Positions 18,113-25,948 of a stretch of 64,000 nt of DNA are shown piece after piece (position 1 is the stretch's first letter; the number at the start of each line of letters is the position of its first letter). The translations under genes were made by a program, and so were the position numbers. Source of the stretch: Patescibacteria group bacterium (lineage in GTDB: Bacteria; Patescibacteriota; Microgenomatia; UBA8517); contig JALHYA010000017.1 in assembly GCA_022868165.1 (NCBI GenBank), forward strand, positions 11,634 to 75,633, given 5' to 3'. The notes under the pieces were generated by a model, which had not been told where the DNA came from, did no database searches, and was given only the letters and a program-made list of their open reading frames with translations.

Positions 18113-18967
18113 CTATTGTTTTTGGCAGATTGGGCAGAAGAAGGTTCCGCGACCGCTAAGATTAATTCTTTTAATTGTCCTTCCACATTTGGAGCATTTT
18201 TGGCCTTCCCGCTGATAAACCCGAAAATGTTTTTGATACTCCCCCGCCTCGCCGGTTGGCTTTATATAAGCCTCATCGGCAGCCGACGAGCCGCCATACT
18301 TGAGGCCATCTTCCAAAACTTTAATGATAGATTCTCTTAATTTCTTTATTTGGGTTTCACTTAATGCCTTCGCCGGCGAAGTCGGTGAAATACCCGCTTC
18401 AAATAAAGCATCATTAGCATAGATATTGCCAACCCCGGCAATCTTTTCCTGGTCCATTAAGACCACCTTCACCGGCTTGGCGGTCCTGGAAAAAATTTGC
18501 TTGAGGTATTCTTCGCTAAACTCTTTATCCAACGGCTCAGCCCCCAACTTTCCCACTTCCTTAACTACCCCAGCCTCATCAAGAACCTTAATCCAGCCGA
18601 ATTGTCGGAGGTCATTAAAGAAAAGTTGGCCTTCGTCGATATCAAAGATTATGTGGGTAGTTTTGGCAGGTAGATTACTTCCGGCAAACGGGACGGGGTG
18701 ACCCAAGGTTACTCTTTCCCCTTTTTTCGGAACCCAAACCAATTGGCCGGTAAGTTTAAAGTGGATAAGTAAATTCTTGCCATTGGAAAGAGAAATTTTT
18801 AAGATTTTTCCCTTTCTTTCTATCCCTTGTATGTTTGTGCCAACAACGTCCCTTTTTTCTCCCTGAAATTGTTTCGCCAAAATAACCTCAATCCCGATAA
18901 TTTTTTTACCAACGATGGATTTTTGCAGACTTCTTTTAATTGTTTCTACTTCTGGTAGTTCGGGCAT
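18113..18967 (-). CDS. mutM: formamidopyrimidine-DNA glycosylase
   Basis: MPELPEVETIKRSL catalytic N-terminus (Met at 18967; maximal ORF to 19003). C-terminal zinc finger CSKCG...FFCPICQ. Confidence 0.9.
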   Translation of the reverse strand: MPELPEVETIKRSLQKSIVGKKIIGIEVILAKQFQGEKRDVVGTNIQGIERKGKILKISLSNGKNLLIHFKLTGQLVWVPKKGERVTLGHPVPFAGSNLPAKTTHIIFDIDEGQLFFNDLRQFGWIKVLDEAGVVKEVGKLGAEPLDKEFSEEYLKQIFSRTAKPVKVVLMDQEKIAGVGNIYANDALFEAGISPTSPAKALSETQIKKLRESIIKVLEDGLKYGGSSAADEAYIKPTGEAGEYQKHFRVYQREGQKCSKCGRTIKRINLSGRGTFFCPICQKQ

Positions 18968-18974
18968 ATTGTTT

Positions 18975-19544
18975 TTACCAGATGGCTTCCTTTCTAACTC
19001 CAAAATACTTCCTCTGAAAAAGAGGAAAGCCTTTTTCTTTTAACCTTCTCGGCCAGTATATATGAAGCAGGATCTCGCGTATTTCTGAAGCAAGAAGAAG
19101 AAAAAGGAATATCCCAAACGGAAGTTGTATCCCCAAAAGAGGAAAAATAAACCACCACAAAAACGAGGCTTCAATAAAATTGGGAAAAAAGACAAATACG
19201 CTCTGTTTCTTCAAGTAAAGGAAGAGTCCCTGGCCGATTAGTCTGTAAAGAATAGGAATCAAAATCAGAATAAAGTTTTCGCTTTTGATGCTTACTATGA
19301 ATATGGATATATAACCCAGCCAATCTTGATATTTGTCAAAAACCTGGTAGGTCGGCCGCGGCATATCCACCAATCCTTCTACTTGTTCGAAAAGATATCC
19401 ATCCCAAAAGTCGAAGAATAAATACAAGAAAAATCCCCAAACCGGATTAAACAGAATATAGATTGCTGAGGCGATTCTAAGACATAGCGAGACCAATACA
19501 ACCGGGTTGCCGAGATAATCTCTTATTCTGTATGATTTCCTCAT
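18975..19544 (-). CDS. integral membrane protein, function unknown
   Basis: 189 aa, about 5 TM helices. 4-nt overlap with the upstream glycosyltransferase. Confidence 0.55.
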   Translation of the reverse strand: MRKSYRIRDYLGNPVVLVSLCLRIASAIYILFNPVWGFFLYLFFDFWDGYLFEQVEGLVDMPRPTYQVFDKYQDWLGYISIFIVSIKSENFILILIPILYRLIGQGLFLYLKKQSVFVFFPNFIEASFLWWFIFPLLGIQLPFGIFLFLLLASEIREILLHIYWPRRLKEKGFPLFQRKYFGVRKEAIW

Positions 19545-20656
19545 TTTGAAACCTTTGAATTAACAAAAGCTGAAATTTCTTTTTTGAATCTTTCTTTGGA
19601 AAACTTTTTGGCCTGGGCGATACAAGCTTCCGATGTAATACTTCGATGAATCGATTTATCGAAATGCCGGATGGCCGAGGATAGAGATTCCACGGTTGGT
19701 TCGTCGAAAAACACTCCGGTTTTACCTTCGATAACCGATTCTTTGACTCCGCCCGAGCGGAGCGCAATAACGGGAGTCCCAACCGCCATGGCCTCAACCG
19801 GAGTGATTCCGAAATCTTCAAATTCTGCCGGGAAAATAAAGGCCTTGGCTCCGGCCATAACCCTAAATTTCTCTTCATCGGAAATCTCTCCCAGAAATTC
19901 GACGGTCGGACCCGCCATTTTTCTAAGTTCTTCACCGTAGCCGGCAAATTCCTTCCCGAAAACTTTCAGGGGAAGATTAAGTTTGGTACAAACTTTAACC
20001 GCCAAATCGATTCTTTTTGGCCTCGCCAGCCTTCCCCCGGTTAGATAGTAATTTCTCGAGGTTGAATATTGGAGGTTAGAAGCTGGAAGTTCCACAGGAG
20101 GATAGATTACTGTAGAGTCTCTTCGGTAAAACTTCTCTATTCTGGCCACGACTTCTTTGGAATTAGCAATAAAATAATCGACATTTTGTGCCGATTCAAA
20201 GTCCGTCATTCTCAAAAAATGATTTGCAACCTCGCCCAAAACCCTAAAAACTACATTGTTTTTCCAATTTCTGGCTGTCGGATAACCATAAAGGTATCTG
20301 GGCGGAGTATGACAATAACAAACATGAACGGCTTTCCCCTTTTTGATTAAATTAGGAGTATAAGCCCCGGTTGCGGAAACGATGACCACGTCATATTTCG
20401 AGAAATCCATATTCTTGAAAATCGAAGGTGTAATAACACGAAACGGGCTTATCAGCTTTCCTTTCATTGGTATCCATTGAAGAAACGATGTCCTTATATC
20501 CCATTTGGAAAATCTTTCTTTATGGGGGCCCAAAAACCTTGGAAGATAAACAGTTGTATAAACGGGAGCTTTTGGCCATATCTCATGCAGGGTTTCCAAA
20601 ACCCTTTCCGCTCCCCCGTATTCCTTTATGTAGTCGTGGACTATTGCAACTTTCAT
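19541..20656 (-). CDS. glycosyltransferase family 4 (GT-B)
   Basis: 371 aa. C-terminal E-x7-E region PAEFEDFGITPVEAMAVGTPVIA. Confidence 0.82.
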   Translation of the reverse strand: MKVAIVHDYIKEYGGAERVLETLHEIWPKAPVYTTVYLPRFLGPHKERFSKWDIRTSFLQWIPMKGKLISPFRVITPSIFKNMDFSKYDVVIVSATGAYTPNLIKKGKAVHVCYCHTPPRYLYGYPTARNWKNNVVFRVLGEVANHFLRMTDFESAQNVDYFIANSKEVVARIEKFYRRDSTVIYPPVELPASNLQYSTSRNYYLTGGRLARPKRIDLAVKVCTKLNLPLKVFGKEFAGYGEELRKMAGPTVEFLGEISDEEKFRVMAGAKAFIFPAEFEDFGITPVEAMAVGTPVIALRSGGVKESVIEGKTGVFFDEPTVESLSSAIRHFDKSIHRSITSEACIAQAKKFSKERFKKEISAFVNSKVSK

Positions 20657-21543
20657 ATTAGGTGCATTTGTTTTTCTTCATCCATTTGCTTGCCTACCTT
20701 TTTAACTCTTTCCGTTAGGGTCTTAAATCCAAAGTCTGCAAAAACATCCAACACTTTTTTATTATCAACGTCCCATTTGCTTGCCGCTTCCTCGTCGAGT
20801 TCAACGGGTACATCTTTTACTATCGTAGCTAATTTATGCGATATCTCCGCCGACTTTTCCCCCTCCTTAAGTTTCTCGGAAAGTTTCGGCGGGATTTTCT
20901 TCAAGTTTTTATAAACTCCTGTAACAGAACCGAATTTGTTAAGTAAATTAATCGCAGTTTTCGGTCCGATTCCGGGAACGCCAGGATAATTGTCCGAAGG
21001 GTCTCCGACCAAAGCTTTATAATCCGGGATAAGTTCCGGAACAACTCCCATTTTCTCAACTACCTCATCCTTTCCCATCAATTTTCCCTCCGACATACCG
21101 GAGATGGGCATATAAACTTTTATCTTCTTATTAACCAGCTGCAAAATATCCCTATCTCCGGTTACAATTACTACATCTTCTTTTGACTGGTTTGCTAAGG
21201 TTCCAATGACATCGTCTGCTTCAAAACCCGGCTTTGAAAATATAGGAATTCCGAAGGCATCTATAACCCTGCGGGCCTTTTCGAACTGACCCGAAAGCTC
21301 GTTTGCCATAACCGGCCGCTGAGCCTGATATTCCTTGAATTGTTTGTGTCTGAATGTCGGCGCCTTTTCGTCAAAACAAATTGCAATTTCGGAAGGTTTT
21401 AAGTCTTGGATTACCTTAAGAAGCATGCTAATTAGACCATAAACCGCATTAATCGGCTCTCCCCGCCTGGTTGTCAATGGAGGAAGTGCGTGGTATGCCC
21501 TATGAAGAATGGCGTTTCCGTCGATAACTACTAGTTTGCCCAC
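20653..21543 (-). CDS. 5'-3' exonuclease (stand-alone Pol I N-terminal/FEN domain)
   Basis: VVIDGNAILHRAYHA, FEADDVIGTLA and an H3TH region GDPSDNYPGVPGIGPKTA. No polymerase domain follows. Confidence 0.88.
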   Translation of the reverse strand: MGKLVVIDGNAILHRAYHALPPLTTRRGEPINAVYGLISMLLKVIQDLKPSEIAICFDEKAPTFRHKQFKEYQAQRPVMANELSGQFEKARRVIDAFGIPIFSKPGFEADDVIGTLANQSKEDVVIVTGDRDILQLVNKKIKVYMPISGMSEGKLMGKDEVVEKMGVVPELIPDYKALVGDPSDNYPGVPGIGPKTAINLLNKFGSVTGVYKNLKKIPPKLSEKLKEGEKSAEISHKLATIVKDVPVELDEEAASKWDVDNKKVLDVFADFGFKTLTERVKKVGKQMDEEKQMHLI

Positions 21544-21557
21544 AAGATTATTCTAAC

Positions 21558-23423
21558 TTAATCCTTCCGTTTTACGCCAACAATCGCCTCGAAGTCATCT
21601 CTTTCCAATGTTTCTTTAACCAAAAGTTTTTTAACAATACTGTCTAGGGTCTTTCTTCTTTTCTTGACGATTTGAACAGCTTCCTTATAACAGGAGTCGA
21701 TAATTTTTTTAACTTCGTTGTCGATTTTTTCCTGCATTGCCGGAGAAACCTGCGCCGGTTCGTACATCTCCGGTGCTCCAAATTCGCTATATTCGGTTTG
21801 CGGGCCCAAATTAATCGGTCCAAGGTTGCTCATTCCGAAATCCACAACCATCGCTCTGGCAATCCTTGTTGCTTGGGCAATATCATTCGATGCGCCCGAT
21901 GTCATTTCGTTAAAAACCAACTCTTCGGCTGCTCTTCCCCCAAGCATCGCAGTAATTTCCTGAGTAAGATGGGTTTTGGTTTCATGCGACCTGTCTGCCG
22001 CGGGAGGAATTAGCGTGTGGCCCAAACTCATTCCCCTCGCAACAATGGAAATTCTGTGTACCGGGTCCATTTTTGGCAGAGTGTGGGTTACAATTGCATG
22101 GCCGGCTTCATGATAGGCCGTTATTTCTTTATCTTCTTTGCTTTGAAGTTTATTTTTGGCCGGACCAAGCTTAACTTTGGTGGCAGCCTCCTCGATATCT
22201 TCCATCTCCACCAATTCTTTTCCTTCGCGCGCTGCCAAAATGGCGGCTTCGTTAAGCATATTTTCCAAATCTGCTCCTGAAAATCCAACCGTTCTATCTG
22301 CTACTCTTTGCCATTTGACCCCGCGGGAAAATTTCTTCCCCCTGGCATGAATCTTCAAAATAGCCAGTCTTCCCTCCTTGTCCGGCATATCCAAAACTAC
22401 ACGCCTGTCAAATCTTCCCGGCCTTAATAGTGCGGGATCCAATAAGTCTCCCCTATTTGTTGCGGCAATAACCATTACGTTGTCGTTGGGAGTAAAGCCA
22501 TCCATTTCAACCAGAATTTGGTTCAGGGTTTGCTCACGCTCATCGTGGCCTCCAAAAAAACCTCTTCCTCTCGGGCGGCCGATAGCGTCTATCTCGTCAA
22601 TGAAAATAATCGAGGGAGCGGTGGCTTTGGCTTGAGCAAATAAGTCGCGGACGCGGGATGCCCCAACCCCAACGAGCATTTCCATAAATTCGCTTCCCGC
22701 CATGCTAAAAAACGGCACTCCGGCTTCTCCGGCAACGGCTCTTGCCAAGAGTGTCTTTCCGACCCCTGCCGGACCAAAAAGAAGTACACCTTTCGGAGTT
22801 CTGGCCCCAAGCTTACTGTACTTCGTGGGATTTTTTAGAAAGTCCACAACTTCCTCGAGCTCTTTTTTGGCATCATCAACTCCGGCAACGTCATTAAAAC
22901 TTACCTGCTGTCTGCCCTTGGCGAAAAGTTTTGCCCGGCTGCGGCCGAAAGAAAATATATCTTGTGCCCCTTTTGTTTGGGCCCGAATGATAAAAAAGAA
23001 GAAAACGCCCATTAGGGCGAGGGGTAAAACAATTCCCATAATATCTCCAAAAGTTTTGGATAAAGACTGGTCAACAACCTTATAGCTTATGCTTGAAGGG
23101 TTAACACCGGCCTTAGACAAAAGATCCGAAAAGCTGTCCTTATCCTCCTTTATTGAATACTTTACTGTCCCATCTTTATAGTCGAGGATTAAACGGTTAT
23201 CTTCTATTGTTACCTTGGAGAGTTTTCCTGCCTTGGCGTCCGAGACAACTTGGGATATATCTACATTAGTGTTGGTGTTTTTTAACTCAAATGCCGAAAG
23301 CAAAAGCGGTACCAGAAAAATTATCAAAAAGAGGCCAAAAAGAACCGACCAGAGATTAATCTTAATCTTAAACTGCAAGCCCTTTTTCCCTTTTTTGTCG
23401 CCAAAAATCTTTATTTTTCGCAT
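21558..23423 (-). CDS. ftsH: ATP-dependent zinc metalloprotease FtsH
   Basis: Walker A GPAGVGKT, Walker B IIFIDEID, SRH region, HEAGHAI zinc site, N-terminal TM pair. Met at 23423 (MRKIKIF); the ORF extends to 23468. Confidence 0.93.
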   Translation of the reverse strand: MRKIKIFGDKKGKKGLQFKIKINLWSVLFGLFLIIFLVPLLLSAFELKNTNTNVDISQVVSDAKAGKLSKVTIEDNRLILDYKDGTVKYSIKEDKDSFSDLLSKAGVNPSSISYKVVDQSLSKTFGDIMGIVLPLALMGVFFFFIIRAQTKGAQDIFSFGRSRAKLFAKGRQQVSFNDVAGVDDAKKELEEVVDFLKNPTKYSKLGARTPKGVLLFGPAGVGKTLLARAVAGEAGVPFFSMAGSEFMEMLVGVGASRVRDLFAQAKATAPSIIFIDEIDAIGRPRGRGFFGGHDEREQTLNQILVEMDGFTPNDNVMVIAATNRGDLLDPALLRPGRFDRRVVLDMPDKEGRLAILKIHARGKKFSRGVKWQRVADRTVGFSGADLENMLNEAAILAAREGKELVEMEDIEEAATKVKLGPAKNKLQSKEDKEITAYHEAGHAIVTHTLPKMDPVHRISIVARGMSLGHTLIPPAADRSHETKTHLTQEITAMLGGRAAEELVFNEMTSGASNDIAQATRIARAMVVDFGMSNLGPINLGPQTEYSEFGAPEMYEPAQVSPAMQEKIDNEVKKIIDSCYKEAVQIVKKRRKTLDSIVKKLLVKETLERDDFEAIVGVKRKD

Positions 23424-23489
23424 ACTTGCCTTAAGGCAGGCTATTTTACCACATTCAGCATGTGGCAAGCTTTGCTTACCACACTTTGC

Positions 23490-23828
23490 CTAGTGGATTT
23501 TGGACCCGGGCGCAATTTCGTCAATTGGAGCCAAAAGAATACACTCTTCGCCGTCATCGGTTTCTGCGGCCATTATCATCCCCTGCGACTCTTCTTCCAT
23601 CATCTTTTTGGGCTCTAAGTTGAAAACAAAAGCAAAAATTTTCCCTTTTAAATCTTTGGGCGTGTACCACTTTTTGATTCCGGAGAGAATTGTCCTTTTT
23701 CCTTCTTCGCCGAAGTCGACGGCAAGCCGCATTAAGGTTTCGGCGCCCTCAATGTTTTCGGCCTTGAGAACCTTCCCTACCCTGAAATCTATCTTTGAGA
23801 AGTCTTCAAAAGTAATTGTATCGCTCAT
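23490..23828 (-). CDS. tRNA-binding domain protein (CsaA/MetRS C-terminal-like)
   Basis: 112 aa OB-fold pattern FSKIDFRVGKVLKAENIEGAETLMRLAVDFGEE. 4-nt overlap with trpS. Confidence 0.8.
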   Translation of the reverse strand: MSDTITFEDFSKIDFRVGKVLKAENIEGAETLMRLAVDFGEEGKRTILSGIKKWYTPKDLKGKIFAFVFNLEPKKMMEEESQGMIMAAETDDGEECILLAPIDEIAPGSKIH

Positions 23829-24811
23829 ATCAAACCCATTGACTTTTTGACCTCATCCAAAGTCCCTCGCGCAACAGCCCTGGCCCTTTTTGCCCCGTCT
23901 TCGAGCACTCTTTCTACATAAGAAGGGTCTTTTTCAAGAACTGCCCGCCTTTTTTGAATAGGCTCAATTTCCTTATAAATTGCCTGGGCAAGCTTTTCTT
24001 TGAGCTCGGAATATCTAATTCCCTCGCCAAGATACATCTTTTCGTATTTTTCTCTCTCCGCCCCTCCTTCAAAAAGCTCAACAAGTTCCAATAGCGTCGC
24101 CACGCCACCTTTTTCGGGCACTTTCTCCCCACGTCCGGAATCTGTCGGAGTTTTGGCCAGCTTCTCTTTGATGGCTTCCAGGCTGTCGGTTAGGTAAATC
24201 GAGCTTCCCTCAACTGTTTTGGCCATCTTCCCCTCTCCTGTTAATGACGGCACATACTCGCCCTCGGTTACGAATCTTGTCGGTTCCGGAAAGGATAGTC
24301 CATACTTCTCATTCATTTTTCTGGCAATTTCTCTGGTTATCTCAAGATGCGGTTCTTGGTCTATTCCGGTCGGCACAAGCGGAGCTTTATAAGCCAAAAT
24401 GTCGGCCGCCATAAGGATTGGATAGTTGAGAAGGCCAACATTTACGTTCTGGGGGTACTGTTTAACCTTCTCTTTGTAAGTGGGAAGGTGCTGCATGCGG
24501 GCTATTGACACGGCTGTTGAGAAAAGATAGGCCAACTCAACATGCTCGGGAACGTAAGATTGGATAAAAATCGTCGATTTTTCGGGGTCAAGGCCCGCGG
24601 AAAGATAGTCCATTACAACCTCCCTGGTGTTATTTTTGAGCTCCCTGGGGCTATAAGGCGTGGTAAGGGTGTGTAAATCGGCAACCATATAGAAAGTTTC
24701 ATAATCCGGATTATCTTGTAGGACCAGCATGCCCTTGACCGCCCCCAGATAATTACCCAGGTGTAGCCTTCCTGTAGCCCTAATGCCCGATAAAACTCGC
24801 TTTTTGGCCAT
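23825..24811 (-). CDS. trpS: tryptophan--tRNA ligase
   Basis: Class I HIGH-like GRLHLGNYLG, KMSKS-like KMAKT, about 330 aa. The start is Met at 24811 or 24829. Confidence 0.9.
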   Translation of the reverse strand: MAKKRVLSGIRATGRLHLGNYLGAVKGMLVLQDNPDYETFYMVADLHTLTTPYSPRELKNNTREVVMDYLSAGLDPEKSTIFIQSYVPEHVELAYLFSTAVSIARMQHLPTYKEKVKQYPQNVNVGLLNYPILMAADILAYKAPLVPTGIDQEPHLEITREIARKMNEKYGLSFPEPTRFVTEGEYVPSLTGEGKMAKTVEGSSIYLTDSLEAIKEKLAKTPTDSGRGEKVPEKGGVATLLELVELFEGGAEREKYEKMYLGEGIRYSELKEKLAQAIYKEIEPIQKRRAVLEKDPSYVERVLEDGAKRARAVARGTLDEVKKSMGLI

Positions 24812-24857
24812 ATATACGGATTCTACCATTATTGAGGCTAAAGAGGAAATTTACTAG

Positions 24858-24936
24858 TGGCTACGAGAGGATTCGCCGTGCAAAACTTAACCTTGAGAAG
24901 CACTATCGAAACCTCGAGTGGCTACGAGAGGATTCG
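24858..24936. repeat. 18-nt perfect direct repeat of a tRNA 3' end (tggctacgagaggattcg at 24858-24875 and 24919-24936)
   Basis: Read directly. The second copy is the T-loop/acceptor 3' end of the interrupted tRNA-like gene. The first copy lies 61 nt downstream, with its T-loop broken by about 34 nt. Confidence 0.9.
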
Positions 24937-25156
24937 AACCTCTGATCTTGCGCTTATAAGCGTAGCTTGCAAACCCTTCGGGTTTATAAGCGAAGCTTGT
25001 GTCGCGAAATATTGGTGCCAGCGACAGGACTCGAACCTGTGACGGCTCGCTTATGAAACGAGTGCTCTACCGCTGAGCTACGCTGGCATATTTCGCGTCA
25101 TGAAATCCCGCTCTTAGGCGATAGCCGCACCTCTTGGTGCACTGAGCTACGTAGCC
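24919..25156 (-). tRNA. interrupted tRNA-like gene hosting tRNA-Met (complex, possibly degenerate)
   Basis: The minus strand starts GGCTACG TA GCTC AG... at 25156 and ends ...AGAGG TTCGAAT CCTCT CGTAGCC A at 24919, giving a 7/7 complementary acceptor stem. The D-loop region is expanded. A complete tRNA-Met flanked by a 12-bp inverted repeat sits in the anticodon region. I could not build a clean anticodon stem. Confidence 0.45.
25013..25087 (-). tRNA. tRNA-Met (anticodon CAT), CCA encoded
   Basis: GCCAGCG TA GCTC AGCGGTA GAGC A CTCGT TTCATAA GCGAG CCGTC ACAGG TTCGAGT CCTGT CGCTGGC A CCA. Full cloverleaf built by hand. Confidence 0.9.
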
Positions 25157-25263
25157 GCGTCAATGCTTAGCTCGCCTAATTCAATTCTGTCCCTTTCGGG
25201 ACACGAATCTTTACCGCTCGCTAGCCTTTCCTTTCAAAATTGCTAGGCAATTTTGGTGTTTAC

Positions 25264-25282
25264 AAAATCGCAATGCGATTTT
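25264..25282. terminator. palindromic hairpin AAAATCGCA-A-TGCGATTTT (bidirectional terminator-like)
   Basis: 9-nt arms with T-tracts on both strands. Lies about 80 nt downstream of the 25359-25428 tRNA on the minus strand. Confidence 0.4.
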
Positions 25283-25358
25283 GAGAGGAGGAGCCGACTT
25301 GAAATAGCTAAGTCCCGACTAAATCGGGACGAAGCGCAAAAGTCGAGCTCCGACGATG

Positions 25359-25428
25359 TTGCGGGGCTAGGAGTTGAACCTAGCCTGGAAGATTATGAGC
25401 CTTCCGTGCAGCCGTACACTACCCCGCA
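25359..25428 (-). tRNA. tRNA with CAT anticodon (Met or Ile2-type), small D-loop, no encoded CCA
   Basis: TGCGGGG TA GTGT ACGGCT GCAC G GAAGG CTCATAA TCTTC CAGG CTAGG TTCAACT CCTAG CCCCGCA A. U1-A72 pair. No GGG/CCC initiator signature in the anticodon stem. Confidence 0.72.
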
Positions 25429-25454
25429 CGTAGATGAACGGGCTCTATTATACC

Positions 25455-25817
25455 TCAAAGGAACAGTTTCAGCCACTTTCTCCAGGTTGGGTCAGGCAGT
25501 TTTTCTTCCTCTTCCGGTAGCCTCGGAGCCAACTCTTCTAGGATTTTTGTTTCCGGCAAAACTATCACTATTTCGCCCTTTTTAGCCAGCCCCAACTTAT
25601 CCCGTAGCTGTTTTTCAATATATTCCTCGCTCTGGGCTTCTTTAAGTCTAGCTTCCAAGTCGCTATTTTCTCCCTGAAGCTTAGTAATATTTTCCTTTAT
25701 CTTATCTGTCCCCCTTTTTGCTTCAAGTCCTTTGAATACATTTCTAACCAAGGAAATACTCAAAAGCACTGCAAGTCCTAAAAGTAATAAATTCGTATAT
25801 TTTGCTAACTTTTGCAT
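25455..25817 (-). CDS. septum formation initiator (FtsB/DivIC family)
   Basis: 120 aa with an N-terminal TM helix, then a coiled coil ...ENITKLQGENSDLEARLKEAQSEEYIEKQLRDKLGLAKKGEIVI. Confidence 0.8.
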   Translation of the reverse strand: MQKLAKYTNLLLLGLAVLLSISLVRNVFKGLEAKRGTDKIKENITKLQGENSDLEARLKEAQSEEYIEKQLRDKLGLAKKGEIVIVLPETKILEELAPRLPEEEEKLPDPTWRKWLKLFL

Positions 25818-25879
25818 TGTAGCTTATAAGCACAGCTTGTGAGACTTTACTTTAAAAAGTAAACGTCTCATAATATGCG

Positions 25880-25907
25880 TTGACTCAGCAGAAATATGTG
25901 CTAGAAT
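25880..25907 (+). promoter_or_regulatory. sigma70-like promoter TTGACT-N16-TAGAAT for the recombinase gene
   Basis: Hexamers read directly. The -10 is bracketed by an 8-bp inverted repeat, GCAGAAAT (25888-25895) and ATTTCTGC (25923-25930). Confidence 0.55.
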
Positions 25908-25948
25908 ATAGGTCCTGCGAAAATTTCTGCTCCTAAGTTTATCTGATT

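Noticed and set aside
19477-19947. 156-aa ORF overlapping the 3' end of the GT4 gene in another frame.
   Set aside because: The GT4 frame carries the conserved E-x7-E region across this span. The alternative product is Arg/Pro/Ser-rich and has no start context.
24830-24918. Possible T-box leader upstream of trpS, given the tRNA-like sequence directly 5' of the gene.
   Set aside because: No specifier-loop, T-box (AGGGUGGNACCGCG-like) or terminator/antiterminator pair could be found. The tRNA-like part is a duplicated tRNA 3' end on the sense strand, not a sequence complementary to NCCA.
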